A DNA stretch of 64,000 bases from the human T2T-CHM13v2.0 reference genome, Homo sapiens. The first letter of the stretch is position 1. Each line of letters opens with the position of its first letter. Positions 29,429 through 47,521 of the stretch are shown in pieces. The notes beneath the pieces are model-generated. The model worked only from the letters and a program-made list of their open reading frames with translations. It searched no databases and was not told where the DNA came from. The stretch is taken from assembly GCF_009914755.1 (NCBI RefSeq), contig NC_060947.1; one strand, 5' to 3'. The position numbers were made by a program, and so were the translations under genes.

Positions 29429-31276
29429 TTCACTGGTAAATTTGACCAAATATTCAATGAAGAAATTATACCAGTTCTCTACAATTTCTTCCAAAAAATA
29501 GAAGCAGAGGGAACACTTCCTAACTCACTCTATAAGGCCAGCATTAGCCTACCGCCAAAACCAGAAAAATACATTACAAGACAGAAAAACAAGAGTCCAA
29601 TATCTCTCATAAACATGATGCAAAAACCCTCAAAAAATTTGCAAATTGATTCAAACAATTTATAAAAAGAATTATATGCCACAACCAAGTGAAATTAATT
29701 CCAAGTAGGCAAACAGGTTCAACATTCAAAAATCAATTAATATAGTCTAGTATATTAACAGGCTAAAAATTAAAAAAGCACATGATCATATCAACAGATG
29801 TAGAAAATGTTTTTGACAAACTCCAATCCCCATCTGTAATAAAAACAACTCAGCAAAATAAAAATGGGGGAGCTTCCTCGCTTGGAATAGAACATGTACA
29901 AAAAACCTATAGCCAGCATCCAGTATCATACTTAATGGTGAGAATCTAGATGACTTCCCAATAAGATTAGGAAGAGTGAAGCAAGATGGCAGAACAGAAG
30001 GCCCCACCAATTGCCCCTCCCACCCCCACAAGAACAAGTTCTTGCAAACCTTGCCACTGCAGGCTAAAGTGCTTTGTGCTTTAAATAAACTTGAAAGGCA
30101 GCCTAGGCCATAAAGACTGCAACTCATAGGAGAGTTACAGTGCTGAACTGGGCCAAGATACAGTGGACTGGGTAGACACGTGACTTACTGAGACACCAGC
30201 TTGGGCTGCTAAGGGAGTACTGGCATCACCCCTCCCTCAACCCCAGGCTGGAAAGCTCCCAGCTCCAAAAAAGACCCCTGGCTTCCACTTAAGGAGAGGG
30301 AAAAGTGGGGAGGACTTTGTCTTTCTAGATGACAATTCTAGACACACCCTGGCCAAGAAGGGAACCTGCTACTTTGAAGAGAATGACCCAATCCTGGAAG
30401 CATTCATCACCTGTTAACAAAAGAACCCTCAAGGCCTGAATAACCAGAAACAATACCCAGGTACTACGTTGAGGGCATTGGTAAGCCTCTAAGAGCTGCT
30501 GACATCAGGTGAGACTTGGCAAATTACCAGCTCTGGTGGCTACAGGGCAAAACTCCTTCTGCTTGAGAAAAGTAGAGGGAAAAGTAAAGGGGACTTTGTC
30601 TTGTACCATAGGTACCAGCACAGCCAAAGATGGATACAGCACCAAGCAGACTCTTGGGGTCCCTGATTCCATGGACTTGATACATGGACAGCATATCTAG
30701 ACCTGCCCTAGGCCAGCAGGGAGCCCAGTGCCCTGAAGGGTGAGTCATAGACCAGGCAGTATTTACCACAAACTGACTTAAGAGCCCTTTGAACTTAAGA
30801 AAACATTGGCAGTAGTCTGGCAGTACTCCCCTTGACCTGTGGTGGTGGTGGCTACAGAGTGAGACTCCTCTGTCTTTGGAAAGGGGAAAGAAGAGTGCGA
30901 AGAACTGTGTCTTGTGGTTTAAGTACCAGCTCAGCTACAGTACAATAGAACAACAGGTAGACCTCTAAGATTTTTAACCCTAGTTCCTGGCTCCTTTGTA
31001 GCACCTCTGGCCCAACCCGAAGCCTGGGGGAGCTTCCCACCTTGAATGAAAAGACACAGTCAAAGATGGCCTTGCCACATAATAATTGTATGGCCCCAGG
31101 GCCTTGAGTGAACATAGGCTGTGTAGCTAGGAAGTGGTTACAGCAGGCCTTGGGCAAGAACTACTGCTGTGCTCACTTCAGGTCTGATCCAGCACAGTCA
31201 TAGTGGTGGTGGCCACAGGAGTATTTGTGCCACTCCACCCCCAGCTTTAGGTGGCTCAGAACACAGAGAGAAACTC

Positions 31277-33127
31277 TGTATTAGTCTAGTCTCACGCTAC
31301 TATAAAGAACTACCTGTGACTGTGTAATTTATGAAGAAAAGAGGTTTATTTGACTCACAGTTCTGCAGGCTTAAGAGGAAGCATGACTAGGAGGCTTCAG
31401 GAAACCTACAATTATGGCAGAAGGGAAACGGAAAGCAAGCATGTCTTACCATAGTGAAGCAGGAGAGATCAAGTGAAGGAGGAAGTGCCACACACTTTTA
31501 AACAACCAGATCTCCTAATAACTCACTCACTATCATAAGAACAGAAAGGGGGCTATCCACCCCCATGATTCAATCACCTCCCACTAGGTCCCTCCACCAA
31601 AAGGTGAAGGGTTACAATTCAAGATGAGATTTGGGTGGGAGCACAGAGCCAAACCACATCATTCTTCCCCTGGCTCCTCTCAAATCTCATGTCCTTCTCC
31701 TCACATTTCAAAACCAATCATGCCTTCCCAACAGTCCCTTAAAGTCTTAGCTCGTTCCAGCATTAACTCAAAAGTCCAAGTCCAAAGTCTCATCTGAAAC
31801 AAGGTTAGTTCCTTCCACCTATGACCCTGTAAAACAAAAAACAAGTTAGTTACTCCCAAGATACAATGGGGATATACACATTGGGTAAATGCTCCCATTA
31901 TAAATGGAAAACATTGCCAAAACAAAGGGGCTTCAGGCCCCATGCAAGTCTGAAACCCAGCAGGGCAGTCATTAAATCTTAAAGCTCCAAAATAATCTCC
32001 TTTGACTCCATGTCTCACATCCAGCGCAGGCTGATGCAAAGGGTTGGCTCTCAAGGCCTTGGGCAGCTCTGCCCCTGTGGCTTTGCAGGGTGGAACACCC
32101 TCACTGGCTTCTTTCAAGGGCTGACATTGAGTGCTTGTGGCTTTTCCAGGTGCATGGAATAAGCTGTTGGTGGATCTACCATTCTGAGATCTGGAGGACA
32201 GTGTCCCTCTTCTCACAGCTCCACTAGGCAGTGCCCCAGTGGGGACTCTAGCGGGGAGCTCCAACCCCATGTTTCCCCTCTGCACTGCCTGATATGGTTT
32301 GGCTGGGCCCCCACCTAAATCTCACCTTGAATTGTAGCTCCCATAATTCCCATGTGTTGTGGGAGGGACCTGGTGGGAGATAATTGAAGCATGGGGGCAG
32401 TCTCCCTCATACTGTTCTTGTGGTAGTGAAAAAGTCTCATGAGATCTGAAGATTTTATAAGGTGTTTCCCTTTTCACTTGGTTCTCATTCTCTTTCTTGC
32501 CTGCCACCATGTAAAATACACCTTTCACCCTCTACCATGAATGAGAGGCCTCCCCAGCCACGTGGAATTGTGAGTCCACTAAACCTCTTTTTCTTTCTAA
32601 ATTACCCAGTCTTGGGTATATCTTTATCAGCAGCATAAAAATGGACTAATACACTGCCCTAGTAGAGGTTCTCCATCAGGGCTATACCCCTGAAGCAGAC
32701 TTCTGCCTGGATATTCAGGCATTTCCATACATCCTCTGAAATCTAGGCAGAGGCTCCCAAAGCTCAACTCCTGTCTTCTGGGTACCTTCAATCCCAACAC
32801 AAAGTGGAAGCCACCAAAGCTTGCGGCTTGCTCCTGTGAGGCAATGGCCTGATGTGTACCTTGGCTCCTTTTAGCCACTCTGGAGCTGGAGTAGCTGGGA
32901 TGCAGGGTGCCATGTCCTGAGGCAACACAGAGCAACAGGGCTCAAGGCTTGGCCCAGAAAACCATTGTTCCCATTTAGGCCTCCTAGCCCTCTGGGCCAG
33001 TGCTAAGCAGCAAAGCATTCAACATATAACTTGGGTGCTCTTAAAAGCATTCAGTTAACTCATTCACAAAGATAGGATTTGGAATTGAAACTTATATTTA
33101 AAAGGGACACAGAGACAAACCATATCA
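31277..33127 (-). mobile_element. MSTA element (LTR 31277-31661, internal region, short remnant of second LTR)
   Basis: tgtattagtc...cagagccaaaccacatca followed by MaLR internal; ends gacacagagacaaaccatatca; TSD aactc/gactc. Confidence 0.85.
32290..32653 (+). mobile_element. THE1B-like solo LTR inserted in MSTA-int
   Basis: tgatatggtttggct...atggactaataca; perfect 5-bp TSD ctgcc. Confidence 0.92.
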
Positions 33128-34805
33128 GACTCTGGGAGAATGTAAGGGAAGAGAATGAGAGTCTCTACCTGGTAATCCAGAGAATGCTTCTGGATCTTGT
33201 CTAAGACCTCTAAGGCAATATCCCTATGAGTCAGTAAAAATCATAGTGTTACTGGGTTTGGGGTGCCCCTGAAAGCAGATAAAGCTTAGATCAAAACACC
33301 CAAGTCCTTTTGAATATCTGGAAAACCTTCTCAAGAAGGAAAGTTACAAACAAGCCCACTCAGTGAAGACTACAACAAATACCTAGCTCTTCAATGCCCA
33401 GACACCAAACAACATCTGCTAGCATCAATACCATCAAGGAAAACATGACTTCACCAAATGAATTAAATAAGCCACCAGGAAGCAACCTTGAAGAAACAGA
33501 GTTATGTGACCTTTCAGACAAAGAATTCAAAATAGCTCCCATGAGGAAACACAAAGAAATTTAGAAAAACACAAAGAAGGAATTCAGAATTCTATCAGAT
33601 AAATTTAACAAATAAATTGAAATAATTAGAAAGACTCAAGCAGAAATTCTAGAGATGAGAAATGCAAGTGGCATAGTGAAGAATGCATCAGAGTCTTTTA
33701 ATTGCAGAATTGATCAAGCAGAAAATTAGTGAGCTGGAAGACAGGCTATTTGAAAATACAGTCAGAGGTAACAAAACAAGAAAGAAAAAAAAAAACAATG
33801 GAGCAAACCAACAGGATCTAGAAAATAGCCTCAAAAGAGTAAATCTAAGAGTTATTGGCCTTAAAGAGAAGGTAGAGAAAAATATAGGGTAGAAAATTTC
33901 TTCAAAGGGATAATAACAAAGAACTTTCCAAATTCAGAGAAATATATCAATATCCAAGTACAAGAAGGTTATATAGATCACCAAGCAGATTGAACCCAAA
34001 GAAGACCATCACAAGGCATTTAATAATCAAAGTCCCAAAGATAAAAGATTTTTAAAAAGAAACCTAAAAGAAGCAAGAAAAAAGAAACAAATAACATGCA
34101 AAGGAACCTCAGTAAATATGTCAGCAGACTTTTCCGTGGAAACCTTACAGACCAGGAGAGAGTGGCGTGGCATCTTTAAAGTCCTTAAGAAAAAAATCTT
34201 TTACCCTAGAATAGGACATCTAGTGAAAATATCCTTCAAACGTGAAGAAGAAATACAGACTTTTCAAAGACAAACAAAAAATGAGGCATTTCATCAACAC
34301 CATACCTATCCTAAAAGAAATGCTAAAGGGAGTACTTCAATCACAAAAAAAGGACATTAATGAGCAATAAGTAATCACCTGAAGGTACAAAATTCACTAG
34401 GAAAGGTAAATATACCAAAACCCAGAATATTCTAACAGTGTATTTAAACTTCTCTTATCCTAAACAGAAAGTCTAAATAATGAACCAGTCAAAAATAATA
34501 TTATAAAAACTTTTCAAGTAATAGACAGTACAATAAGATATAAATAGAAACAACAAAAAGTTAAAAACTGGAGTGATGAAGTTAAAGTGTTGAGTTTTTA
34601 TTAGTTTTCTTTTTGCTTGTTTCTTTATGCACAACGTTTAGTTTTTGTCAGGATAGAATAATGGGTTATAAGATAGAATTTGCAATCCTGATGGTAAGCC
34701 CAAACCAAAAAAAACATACAATGGTTACAAAAAAATTAAAAGCAAGAAACTAAATCATATTACCACCAAAATTCACCATCACTAAAGGAAGACAGAAATA
34801 AAAGA

Positions 34806-35136
<331 letters not shown>

Positions 35137-35651
35137 TCAGAAAACAAGTAATAAAATAAGTGGAGTAAGTTATTTCTTACCAGAAACAACATTGAATTTA
35201 AATGGACTAAACACTCCAGTCAAGAAACATAGAGTGGCTGAATGTATGGAAAAAAACAAGACCCAAGAATCTGTTGCCTATAAGAAACGCAAGTCACCCT
35301 TAAAGACACATATAGACTGAAAAGAAAGGGATGAAAAAAGATATTCCATGCTAATGGAAAACAAAAAAGAACAGGAGTAACTATACTTATATCAAAAAAA
35401 AAAGATTTCAAGACAAAAACTATGAGACAAAGAAGGTCACTATATAATGATAAAAGGGGTCAATTCAGCAAGAGAATATAACAAGTTTAAATATATATGC
35501 ACCCAACACTGGATCACCCACATATATAAAGCAAATATTACTAGAGCTAACAAAAAAGATAGACCTCAATATAATAACAGTTGTAGACTTCAACACCCCA
35601 CTGTCAGCATTGGACAGATCTTCCAGAAAGAAAATCAATGAAGAAACATCA

Positions 35652-35972
<321 letters not shown>

Positions 35973-36799
35973 CTATAGACCAAAAGTATCTAATAAACAT
36001 TTACAGAACATCTCATCAAATGACTATAAAAACACATTCTTCTTTTCAGCACATGTATCACCCTTGAGGATAAACCATATATTAGGTCAGAAACAAGACT
36101 TAAAACATTCAAAAAATTGAAATAATGTCAACCATCTTCTCTGAACACATTGGAATAAAACAAGAAATCAATAACAAGAAGAATTTTGGAAAGTTTACAA
36201 ACACATGGAAATTAAACAATGTGATTCTGATTGACCAGTGGGTCAATGAAGAAATTTTTTAAAAATTGAAAAATTTCTTGAAACAAATGATAATGAAAAC
36301 ACAAAATACCAAAACCAAGGAGACACTGTAAATCAGTGATAAGAGGGAAGTTTATAGCTATAAGTGTCTACATAAAAAAAGAACTTCAAATAAACAATCT
36401 AACAATCCATCTGAAAGAACTAGAAAAGCAAGAACAAACCAAATTCAAAATTAGTAGAAGAAAAGCAATAATAAACATCAGAGCAGAAATAAATGAAATT
36501 AAAAAATGAAGAAAACAATACAAAAGCTCATGAAACAAAAAGTTTTTTTTAAATTAAACAAAATCTACAAAGATTTAGCCAGACTAGCTCAGAAAAAAAC
36601 AGAGATAAGCTCAAAATAAATCAGAAATGAAGAAGGAGACATTACAACTAATACTGCAGAAATTCAAAGGATGATTAGTGGCTACTATGAGCAAGAGTAT
36701 GCTGAAAAATTGGAAAATCTAGAAGAAATTGTTTAATTTCCAAACACATACAGCCTACCAAGATTGAACCAGGAAAATATCCAAAACTTGAATAGACCA

Positions 36800-37215
36800 C
36801 GTATTTGTCCATTCTTGAACTGCTACAGAGAAATACCTGAGACTGGGTAATTTATTAAGAAAAAAAGATTAATTGGCTCATGGTTCTGCAGGCTGTACAG
36901 GAAGCATGATTCTGGCATCCACTCAGCTTCTAAGGAATTCTCAGGAAATTTAAAATCATGGCAGAAGGCAAAGGGAAAGTGAGGCATCTTACACATTGGG
37001 AGCAGGAGCAAGAGAGCAAGGTGGAAGGTGCTTCACACTTTTAAACAGCTAGATCTCATGAGAACTCACTATCATAAGAACAAGAGGGATAGTATTAAAC
37101 TATTCATGAGAAATCGCCTCTATGATACAGTAAATTCCCACCAGGCTCCTCCTCCAACATTGGGGACTACAACTTGACATGAAATTTGGGTGGAACACAG
37201 ATCAAAACCACACCA
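36800..37215 (-). mobile_element. MSTA/MSTB solo LTR
   Basis: Antisense MaLR LTR; perfect 5-bp TSD gacca. Confidence 0.88.
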
Positions 37216-38262
37216 GACCAATAAAATGTAACAAGATCAAAGCTGTAATAACAAGTCTGTCGGTAAAGAAAAGCCCAGGATCTGATGGCTTCACTACTGA
37301 ATTCTAGCAAACATTTGAAGAAAAACTAATATCAATCATATTAAAACTATCCCAAAATATAGAGGGGGAGGACATACTTTCAAACTCATTCTACAAGGCC
37401 AGTATTGCCCTGATACTAAATCAAAAACAAAGACATAACAAAATAAGAAAACTACAGGCCAATATCTTTGATGATTATTGATGCAAAAATCCTCAAAAAA
37501 TACTAGTAAATAGAATTCAACAATACATCAGAAAGATCATTCATCATGACCAATTGGAATTTATCCGTGGGATGCAAAAATAGTTCAACATATGCAAACT
37601 AATCAATGTGGTACATCATATCAACAGAATGAAGGACAAAAACCATATGATCATTTCAAATGATGCTGAAATAGAATATGATATAATTCATTATCCCTTC
37701 ATGTTAAAAAAAAAACCCTCAGAAAACTGGGTATAGTAAGAACATACTTCAACATAATGAAAGCAACATATGACAGACACACAGCTAGTGTCATAATGAA
37801 TGGAGAAAAACTGAAAGCCTTTCCTCTGAGATGTAGAAAATGACAAAAATGCCCACATTTCCCCTGTTATTCAACACAGTACTGGAAGTCCTAGGAAGAC
37901 CAACCATGCAAGAGAAAGAAATAGAGGGCACCCAAATTGGAAAGGAAAAAGTTAAATTATCCTTGTTTGCATGTAATATCATCTTACATTTGGAAAAATA
38001 TAGACTACACAAAAAATTATTAGAACTTATAAATTAAATAAAGTTGCAGGATACAAAATCAGTATACAAAAATCAGTAGCATTTCTCCATGCCAATAGTT
38101 AACAAAAGAAATTTAAGCAGGTAATCCCATTTACAAAAGCCACAAATAAAATTAAATACCTAGGAATTAACCAAAGAAGTGAAAGTTCTCTATAATGGAA
38201 ATTATAAAACACTAAGGCAAAAAATAGAAGAGAACACCAAAAAAATCAAAAGATATTTTATG

Positions 38263-39755
38263 AACACTGCATGGGGCTACTGCACACTGGGTCTCATTCC
38301 TGGCCCCCGAAGACTCCAGGGGAATGGATGAGTTGGACTGGCAAGGAGCAACATATGTTGCCACAGGCCTCTGTAATCCTGGCAGGAGGATATCTGTCAA
38401 CCACCATGAAATACTTAGGTTGGCAGATAGAGCTGCTTAGAGAAGTGGTACAGGCAGCATGTCAGCTGAAATGAAGCCTAGACAGTTTGGTGCGAGAGCA
38501 TGTGTAGCAGAGAATGGCCAGGGAGCTCATCTACCTAGGCTCAACATGCTCTCCTCGGAGACTCTAGCTGTAGGGGAACTGTTGGACCTAAACTCTGCAG
38601 GGTGGTCTTGCCCATCAAATGGGGCAACCCTGAACACCTCTTGGTCTCCTGAACTCTCCTGGGGCCCCAGGCTAGTTACAGCTGCTTGGAGGGCATCCTT
38701 AGGTACCCTGGGGACTGCACGGTAGCTTCTGCACTGGTGGACCATGCCTGACCAGTGCAGAACTCCAGTGGAGCAGAAGCTATGGCAACGCACCAACTCA
38801 CCCACTCCCTCATGATACTGCAGTTTCCCCCAGGCCCACAGCAAACCCTCACATCAGTTTGCCAGCACATGTGTGTGTGGAAGGGTTTTGCCTTCCTTGT
38901 CCCACCAGAATGCCAGTGTGCGTGCACCCTTCCTTGACAATGCTACAGCAAGAGTGTACTCCGCCCTCCACCCCCATTGCTGGACCACCAGTGCACTCAG
39001 AGCCTTGATGGGTAAAGAACCAGCCAGCCTCACCCCTGCCAGCACCCTGCCCTTGCACCAACACTGCCACCAGAGTGAAACTAGGCACAGAGAACAGTGA
39101 AACCTTCCTCCCTGCAAGCCCCACTCACCCCCCAACAATCCCTGCCTGCAGAGATGCACAGAGAATGCACAAAGACCAGTACCCATCAGTGCCCTCCCCC
39201 ATGCTAACATGACCACTAGCGTGAATGTGCACAGTCACCAGTAAGGACCCCCATGACCCACCGAGCTGTGCTTCCTCTGCCACTGGGTTGAATGCCACAT
39301 GAAGGCAGGAACCCTGGAATCTGCTAGCACTCTGCCACAGCCGATAAGTGTGCACCCCACCACACTGCCACTGCTGCTGCTATTAGCACATGCAAATGAA
39401 GACAGATCCCGCTGCCGCTTTGGCTGACACCACCCATGTGCTGTGTACTGACCAGCGGTCTGGGAGTACCTCATCCCCCAACTTCAGTGGATTCATAACC
39501 TTAAGAAGCCAGAGAACAAAGGTGGGTACCAACACAAGTCCCCCTGAGTTAGAATACGCAGTCCAGGAGTTGGGAGCTGAGCAATGGCCCACTAAAATCT
39601 TACAGAAACCAAGCCAGTTGGCTGAATCCACATTATACCACAATCAAACCCTCAACGCAATCAAATAGGATAAAAGGGGGGAAAAACACATACAAAGGTC
39701 AGCAACTTCAAAGATTGAAGAAACATCAGCCCACAAAGATAAATAAAGAACCAAC
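38263..39755 (+). mobile_element. L1PA15/16-type (L1P4) 5'UTR to start of ORF1
   Basis: GC-richer block ending aaaggtcagcaacttcaaagattgaagaaacatcagcccacaaagat, recalled L1PA15-16 5' end. Confidence 0.65.
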
Positions 39756-42185
<2,430 letters not shown>

Positions 42186-42616
42186 TCTATATGCAGAAGA
42201 ATGAAACCAGACCTCTATCTCTTACCATATACAAAAATCAAATAGAAATGAATTAAAGACTTAAATCTAAGATCTCAAGCTATGAAACTACTACAAGAAA
42301 ACATTGAGGAAAAATCTCCAGGACATTGATCTGGGCAAAAATTTTTGAGCAATAATCCATAAGCACAGGCAAAAAATAAAAATGGACAAATAGGGTCACA
42401 TTAATTTAAAAGCCTTCTGCACAGAAACAGAAACAATCAACAAAGGGAAGAGACAACTTACAGAATGGTAGAAAATATCTGCAAACTACCCATCTGACAA
42501 GAGATTAATATAACCAGAATATATGAGGAGCTCAAACAACTCTACAGAAATAAAATGTAATAGAGAAATACAAATCGAAACTATAAGAAGATATCATCTC
42601 ACCCCAGCTAAAATGG

Positions 42617-42927
<311 letters not shown>

Positions 42928-45446
42928 TGAAATGGCTTTTATCCAAAAGACAGGCAATAAAAAATGCTGGCAAGGATGTGGAGAAAAGAGGAACCTTGTA
43001 GATTCTGGGTGGGAATGTAAATTAGTACCACTACTATGGAGAACAGTTTGGAGGTTCCTCAAAAACTAAACATTGAGCTACCATATGATCCAGCAATCCC
43101 ACTGCTGGGTATATACCCTAAAATAAGGAAATTGGTATATCAAATAGATATCTGCACTCTTATGTTTGTTGCAGCACTGTTCACAACAGCAAAGATTTAG
43201 AAGCAACCTGTGTGTCCATTAACAAATGAATGGATAAAGAACACTTGCTATGTATACAAAATGGATATGTATAATGTATATGGAATATTCAGCCATAAAA
43301 AAATGAGATCCTCTCATTTGCAACAGCATAGGTGGAATTGGAGGTCATTATGTTAAGTAAAATAAGCCTGTCATAGAAAGACAAACACCACATGTTCTCA
43401 CTTATTTATGGGATTGAAAATTCAAAACAATTGAGTTCATGGACATAGAGAGTAGAAGGATGGTTACCAAAGGCTAGGAAGGGTAGCGGGGGAATAGAAG
43501 GGTGGTGGGGATAGTTAATAAGTACAAAAAACATAGAAAAAATTAATAAAACCTACTCTCTGATAGCATAATAGGGTGACTATAGTCAATAATAACTTAA
43601 TTGTATATTTTAAAATGACATTAAAAATGTAATTGGATTGTTTGTAACTAAATGGATGAATGCTTGAGGGGATGAATACCCCATTCTCCAAGATGTGCTT
43701 ATTTCACATTGCATTCCTGTATCAAAACATCTCATGTACCCCATAAATATGTACACCTACTCTGTACCAACCAAAAATTTAAAATAATTTTTAAAAAGAA
43801 ATCAATTCAAAAATAGACAAAGGATTTGAATAGATATTTCTCTCCAAAAAGATATACAAATGGCCCATAAACACATGTAATGATGCTTAACATCATTAGT
43901 CATCACAGAAGTGCAAACAAAATACAATGAAATATCACTTCACACTCTCTAGAATGCCTATGTAATTTAAAAAAGTGAGAAAATAACAAGTGTTCACAAG
44001 AATGCGGAGATTGGACCCTGCAGACTTTGCTGGCGGGATGTGGAAAGGTGTAGCCACTGTGATAAACAGGCTGGCAATCCCTCAAAAAGTTAAATACGGA
44101 AATACCATATAACTCAGCTACTTCACATGCAGGTATATAGCTACGAGAAATGAAAATGTATTCCTATTCAAAAATTTATATACAAATGTTCACAGCAGCA
44201 TTATTCATAATGACCCCAAACTGGAAACAAACCAAATGTCCATGAATTGATGAATGGACAAATAAAATGTGGTATATCCTTCCAATAAAACAATATTCAG
44301 CTATAGGAATGAATGAAGTATGGACATATGCTACAACATGGATCAACTTTTGGAAAATGTTATGCTAAGTGAAAGAAACCAATCACAGAAAACCCCATAT
44401 TGCATAATTCTACTTATATGAAATGTACAGAATAGGTGAATCTTAGACACAGAAAGTGGATTAGTTGTTGCCAGGCACTAGGGTGAGAGGGGAATGGGGA
44501 GTGACTACTAATAGGTATGAGGTTTATATTGGTGGTTATAAAAAAGCTCTGGAACCAACTATCATAGTTGCACAACCTTATAAACAGACTTAATACCACT
44601 GAATTGTACACTTGAAAAGGGTGAATTTTATAATGTGTGAATTATATAAAAATAAAGTGTCAATTTGTATAGGTAAGATAGTGGTATTGTGGTTATAGGA
44701 GAAAATATTTTAAAATTTTTGAGATGCATGCTGAAGTATTTAGAGTAAAATGCCATGATGTCTGTAATTTACCTTAAAATATATCAGCAAAAACTTGACA
44801 AAATAAGTAGGGCAGTTGTTAGCAATTGTTATATCTACAACGTATATATCCAAGAGATGCCTTTTTGAGAAACTGATGAGTACATGGGGTCCCACATACT
44901 ATTCTCTCTACTTTCTAGTACTCAAAAACTATTTGGTAGATGAATGAATAAATGAATGAAGCAAAGGACAAACATTAACCTCATAGACTGGCAACTCTAG
45001 GTGTCTTTTTAATTTTTTCCTTATTTTTAGCTAGTTAATATAATTTTATGTAAATAAACTTCATTAACATAGCACAAAACTGAAAACTATTAAAAGATGT
45101 GTGGTAAAGTCTATCTGCCTCTCCCTACCACAGGTAACCACTATTAGTTTTTTGAGTAGCTTTCCAGAGGATTTTGTAAATGCATATTAAAAACAAACAC
45201 CAATATATAATTTAATTCCCACCCTTTTTACACAAACAGAATATCATATATAATATTTGGTACTTTGCTTTTTCAACTTTTCAACTCCACCCCTCCCCCT
45301 TTCAAGACTGCTTGGAGACAAACCAATTTGAATCAACCCAAGGTTAATCTGTAAAGAAGATCTAGCCATCTGTAAGTGTGTGTCTTCAGTCAATCCAGCA
45401 AGGTACTGAATGATGATATGGACTCTAGTTAAGCCCAGTTCCCCAA

Positions 45447-45822
45447 TGATATGGTCTGAATGTGTCTCCCAAAGATCATGTGCTGGAAAGTTAATCTCCA
45501 GTGCAATAGTGTTGGCAGGTGGAGCCTAATAAGAGGTGACTGGATCATAAAGTGGAGTCCTCATAAATCATTTATTGTGGTTATCATGGGAGTGGGTTAG
45601 TAATTGCAAGACTGGGTTGTTCTAAAGCAAGTTCGATCCCTCATGCTTTTTTTCTATCTCACATGCTCACTTCTGCCTTCTGCTATGGGATGACCATAAT
45701 CAGATGCCTATGCCATGTTCTTGGGCTTCCTAGCCTCCAAAACCATGAGAAATGCATTTTTTTCTTTATAAATTACCCAATTGGTGGTATTCTGTTTTAT
45801 CAGCAGAAAAAAGACTAAGACA
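45447..45822 (+). mobile_element. MSTC/MSTD solo LTR
   Basis: tgatatggtctgaatgtgtctccc...cagcagaaaaaagactaagaca. Confidence 0.8.
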
Positions 45823-46803
45823 TTCATGTCTAAATTCCTGTGCTGAACTGTATTTGCTCCCAACATCTATGTGAACCTGCAGGTGCTTGTGTATTGTGTG
45901 GAGGCAGGTGGACACGAAAGGGCTGCTATATTTTGCTGCCTCTGGTTTTGCTGCATACAGAACTCTTAACTAGTATCTTGACAAGTTCATCTATTGGAAT
46001 GAAGCACAGTGCTAAAACAGAGGCAGACTGACTTGCCCAGTACCCCAGTTGGGCAACCACTAAATCTAAAATAGGTGAAAAGATAAATAAAATATTGCTT
46101 TTGAAATCACCCATTAGGAAGACGGAGGAAAGGAAGAAAAGAAGTGGGCAGTCTTTTAGTGGCTCCTTGGCCAAAAAAAATGACTTCATAGGTCTTTCTC
46201 ATCTTAGATTATTCTGATGTGCCCAACAGTAGCTGAACACTAAGTATTGGCATGAGGCCCAGGCTCTGTGACTCTCAGTTGTGCCCACACCATTGCTGAG
46301 GCTGTTCCTTTCCTCACTGCTTCAGGGGTGTTATATACCAAAACAAACAAACATTTCCTCACATAAAATAAGCCTGTATTCCAGTACTTTGGACCCCAGT
46401 ATGTAGGCTCTCACCTGTGGGATTTGTTTCATAAGTGATCAATCTCTTCTGAAGCTGGCATAGAGGCTGTCTTCAACAGGCCTGGTATAGCCAATTGGTG
46501 AGTAAACATTTGATTACCCATATTGAAAAATTTGTCCACAGCTCCCTCCTCTTCTCCATTCCAGAAATCTGATTTGCTAAGGAGAACACAAAGGAGTCCT
46601 CTAGAAGCAGCGCCTACTCTGATTAGCTAAAATTCCTTGTTGCATTCCACATTATGTCCTTCAATTCCAGAAGGAGTATATCTCAAATCAGTAGAACAGC
46701 TGACCATTTGGGTGGGCAAGCCTATTGGAGGTGTGGAAAGAAAAGACTACTATTAACCATGAAATGGTAAAAGGGAGACCTTCAAGGAATTAAAATGTTA
46801 ATG

Positions 46804-47090
46804 GGGGCAGGCACAGTGGCTCATGCCTGGAATCCCAGCACTTTGGGAGGCCTAGGCAGGCGGATCACTTGAGGACAAGAGTTCAAGATCAGCCTGGCCA
46901 ATATGGCAAAACCCTATCTCTACAAAAAATATGAAAAATTAGCCAGGCATGGTGGTCCATGCCTGTAATCTCAGCTACTTGGGAGGCTAAGGCACAAGAA
47001 TCGCTTAAACCTGTGGGAGGCGGAGGTTGCAGTGAGCCAAGATTGTGCCACTACACTCCAGCCTGGGTGACAGAGCAAGACTGTCTAAAA
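46804..47090 (+). mobile_element. Alu (S or Jb)
   Basis: Full dimer; TSD aaaatgttaatg at 46792-46803 and 47091-47102. Confidence 0.92.
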
Positions 47091-47521
47091 AAAATGTTAA
47101 TGTGTAGAACTAGGATGTTACATTATGGAACACTTTGGTTTTATCCATAACCAAAATGTCAGTCAGAAAAACATTATATCTTTTCCTTCAGGAACAGCTG
47201 TGTCTTGTGCAGAGAAATTCTAAAGATGTTCAGCAGTCACCTCGATCAAGGAACGTAACAGTATAGACCCAATGGAGATAAAATCAAAGAAGAAAGAAAT
47301 CTTTCCTCTCTTGAGCTCTCCTTAGTCTTGTGTAGGGACTGCTAGTGAAGATTGAGGAAGCAGGAGGAAAAGGGAAGTTGAGGTATACTCATTACTACTG
47401 TTGTTCCTGGACAAAAGGGATGTGGGGGTTGTCTCACTTCCTCCCCATCTGCTCTCAAGATAGTGGACGTGCATTAGAGGAATGCAGAGGCTTCACTTGC
47501 TATACAAACCAGCTGGGCTCA

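Noticed and set aside
31701-32285. 194-aa ORF, with similar peptides at 49958-50472 and 59072-59362 resembling a paralogous gene family
   Set aside because: All are MaLR (MST/THE1) internal-region remnants
38263-39755. GC-richer block with many overlapping ORFs, as a possible gene promoter or CpG island
   Set aside because: CpG-depleted and best explained as an L1P4-type 5'UTR
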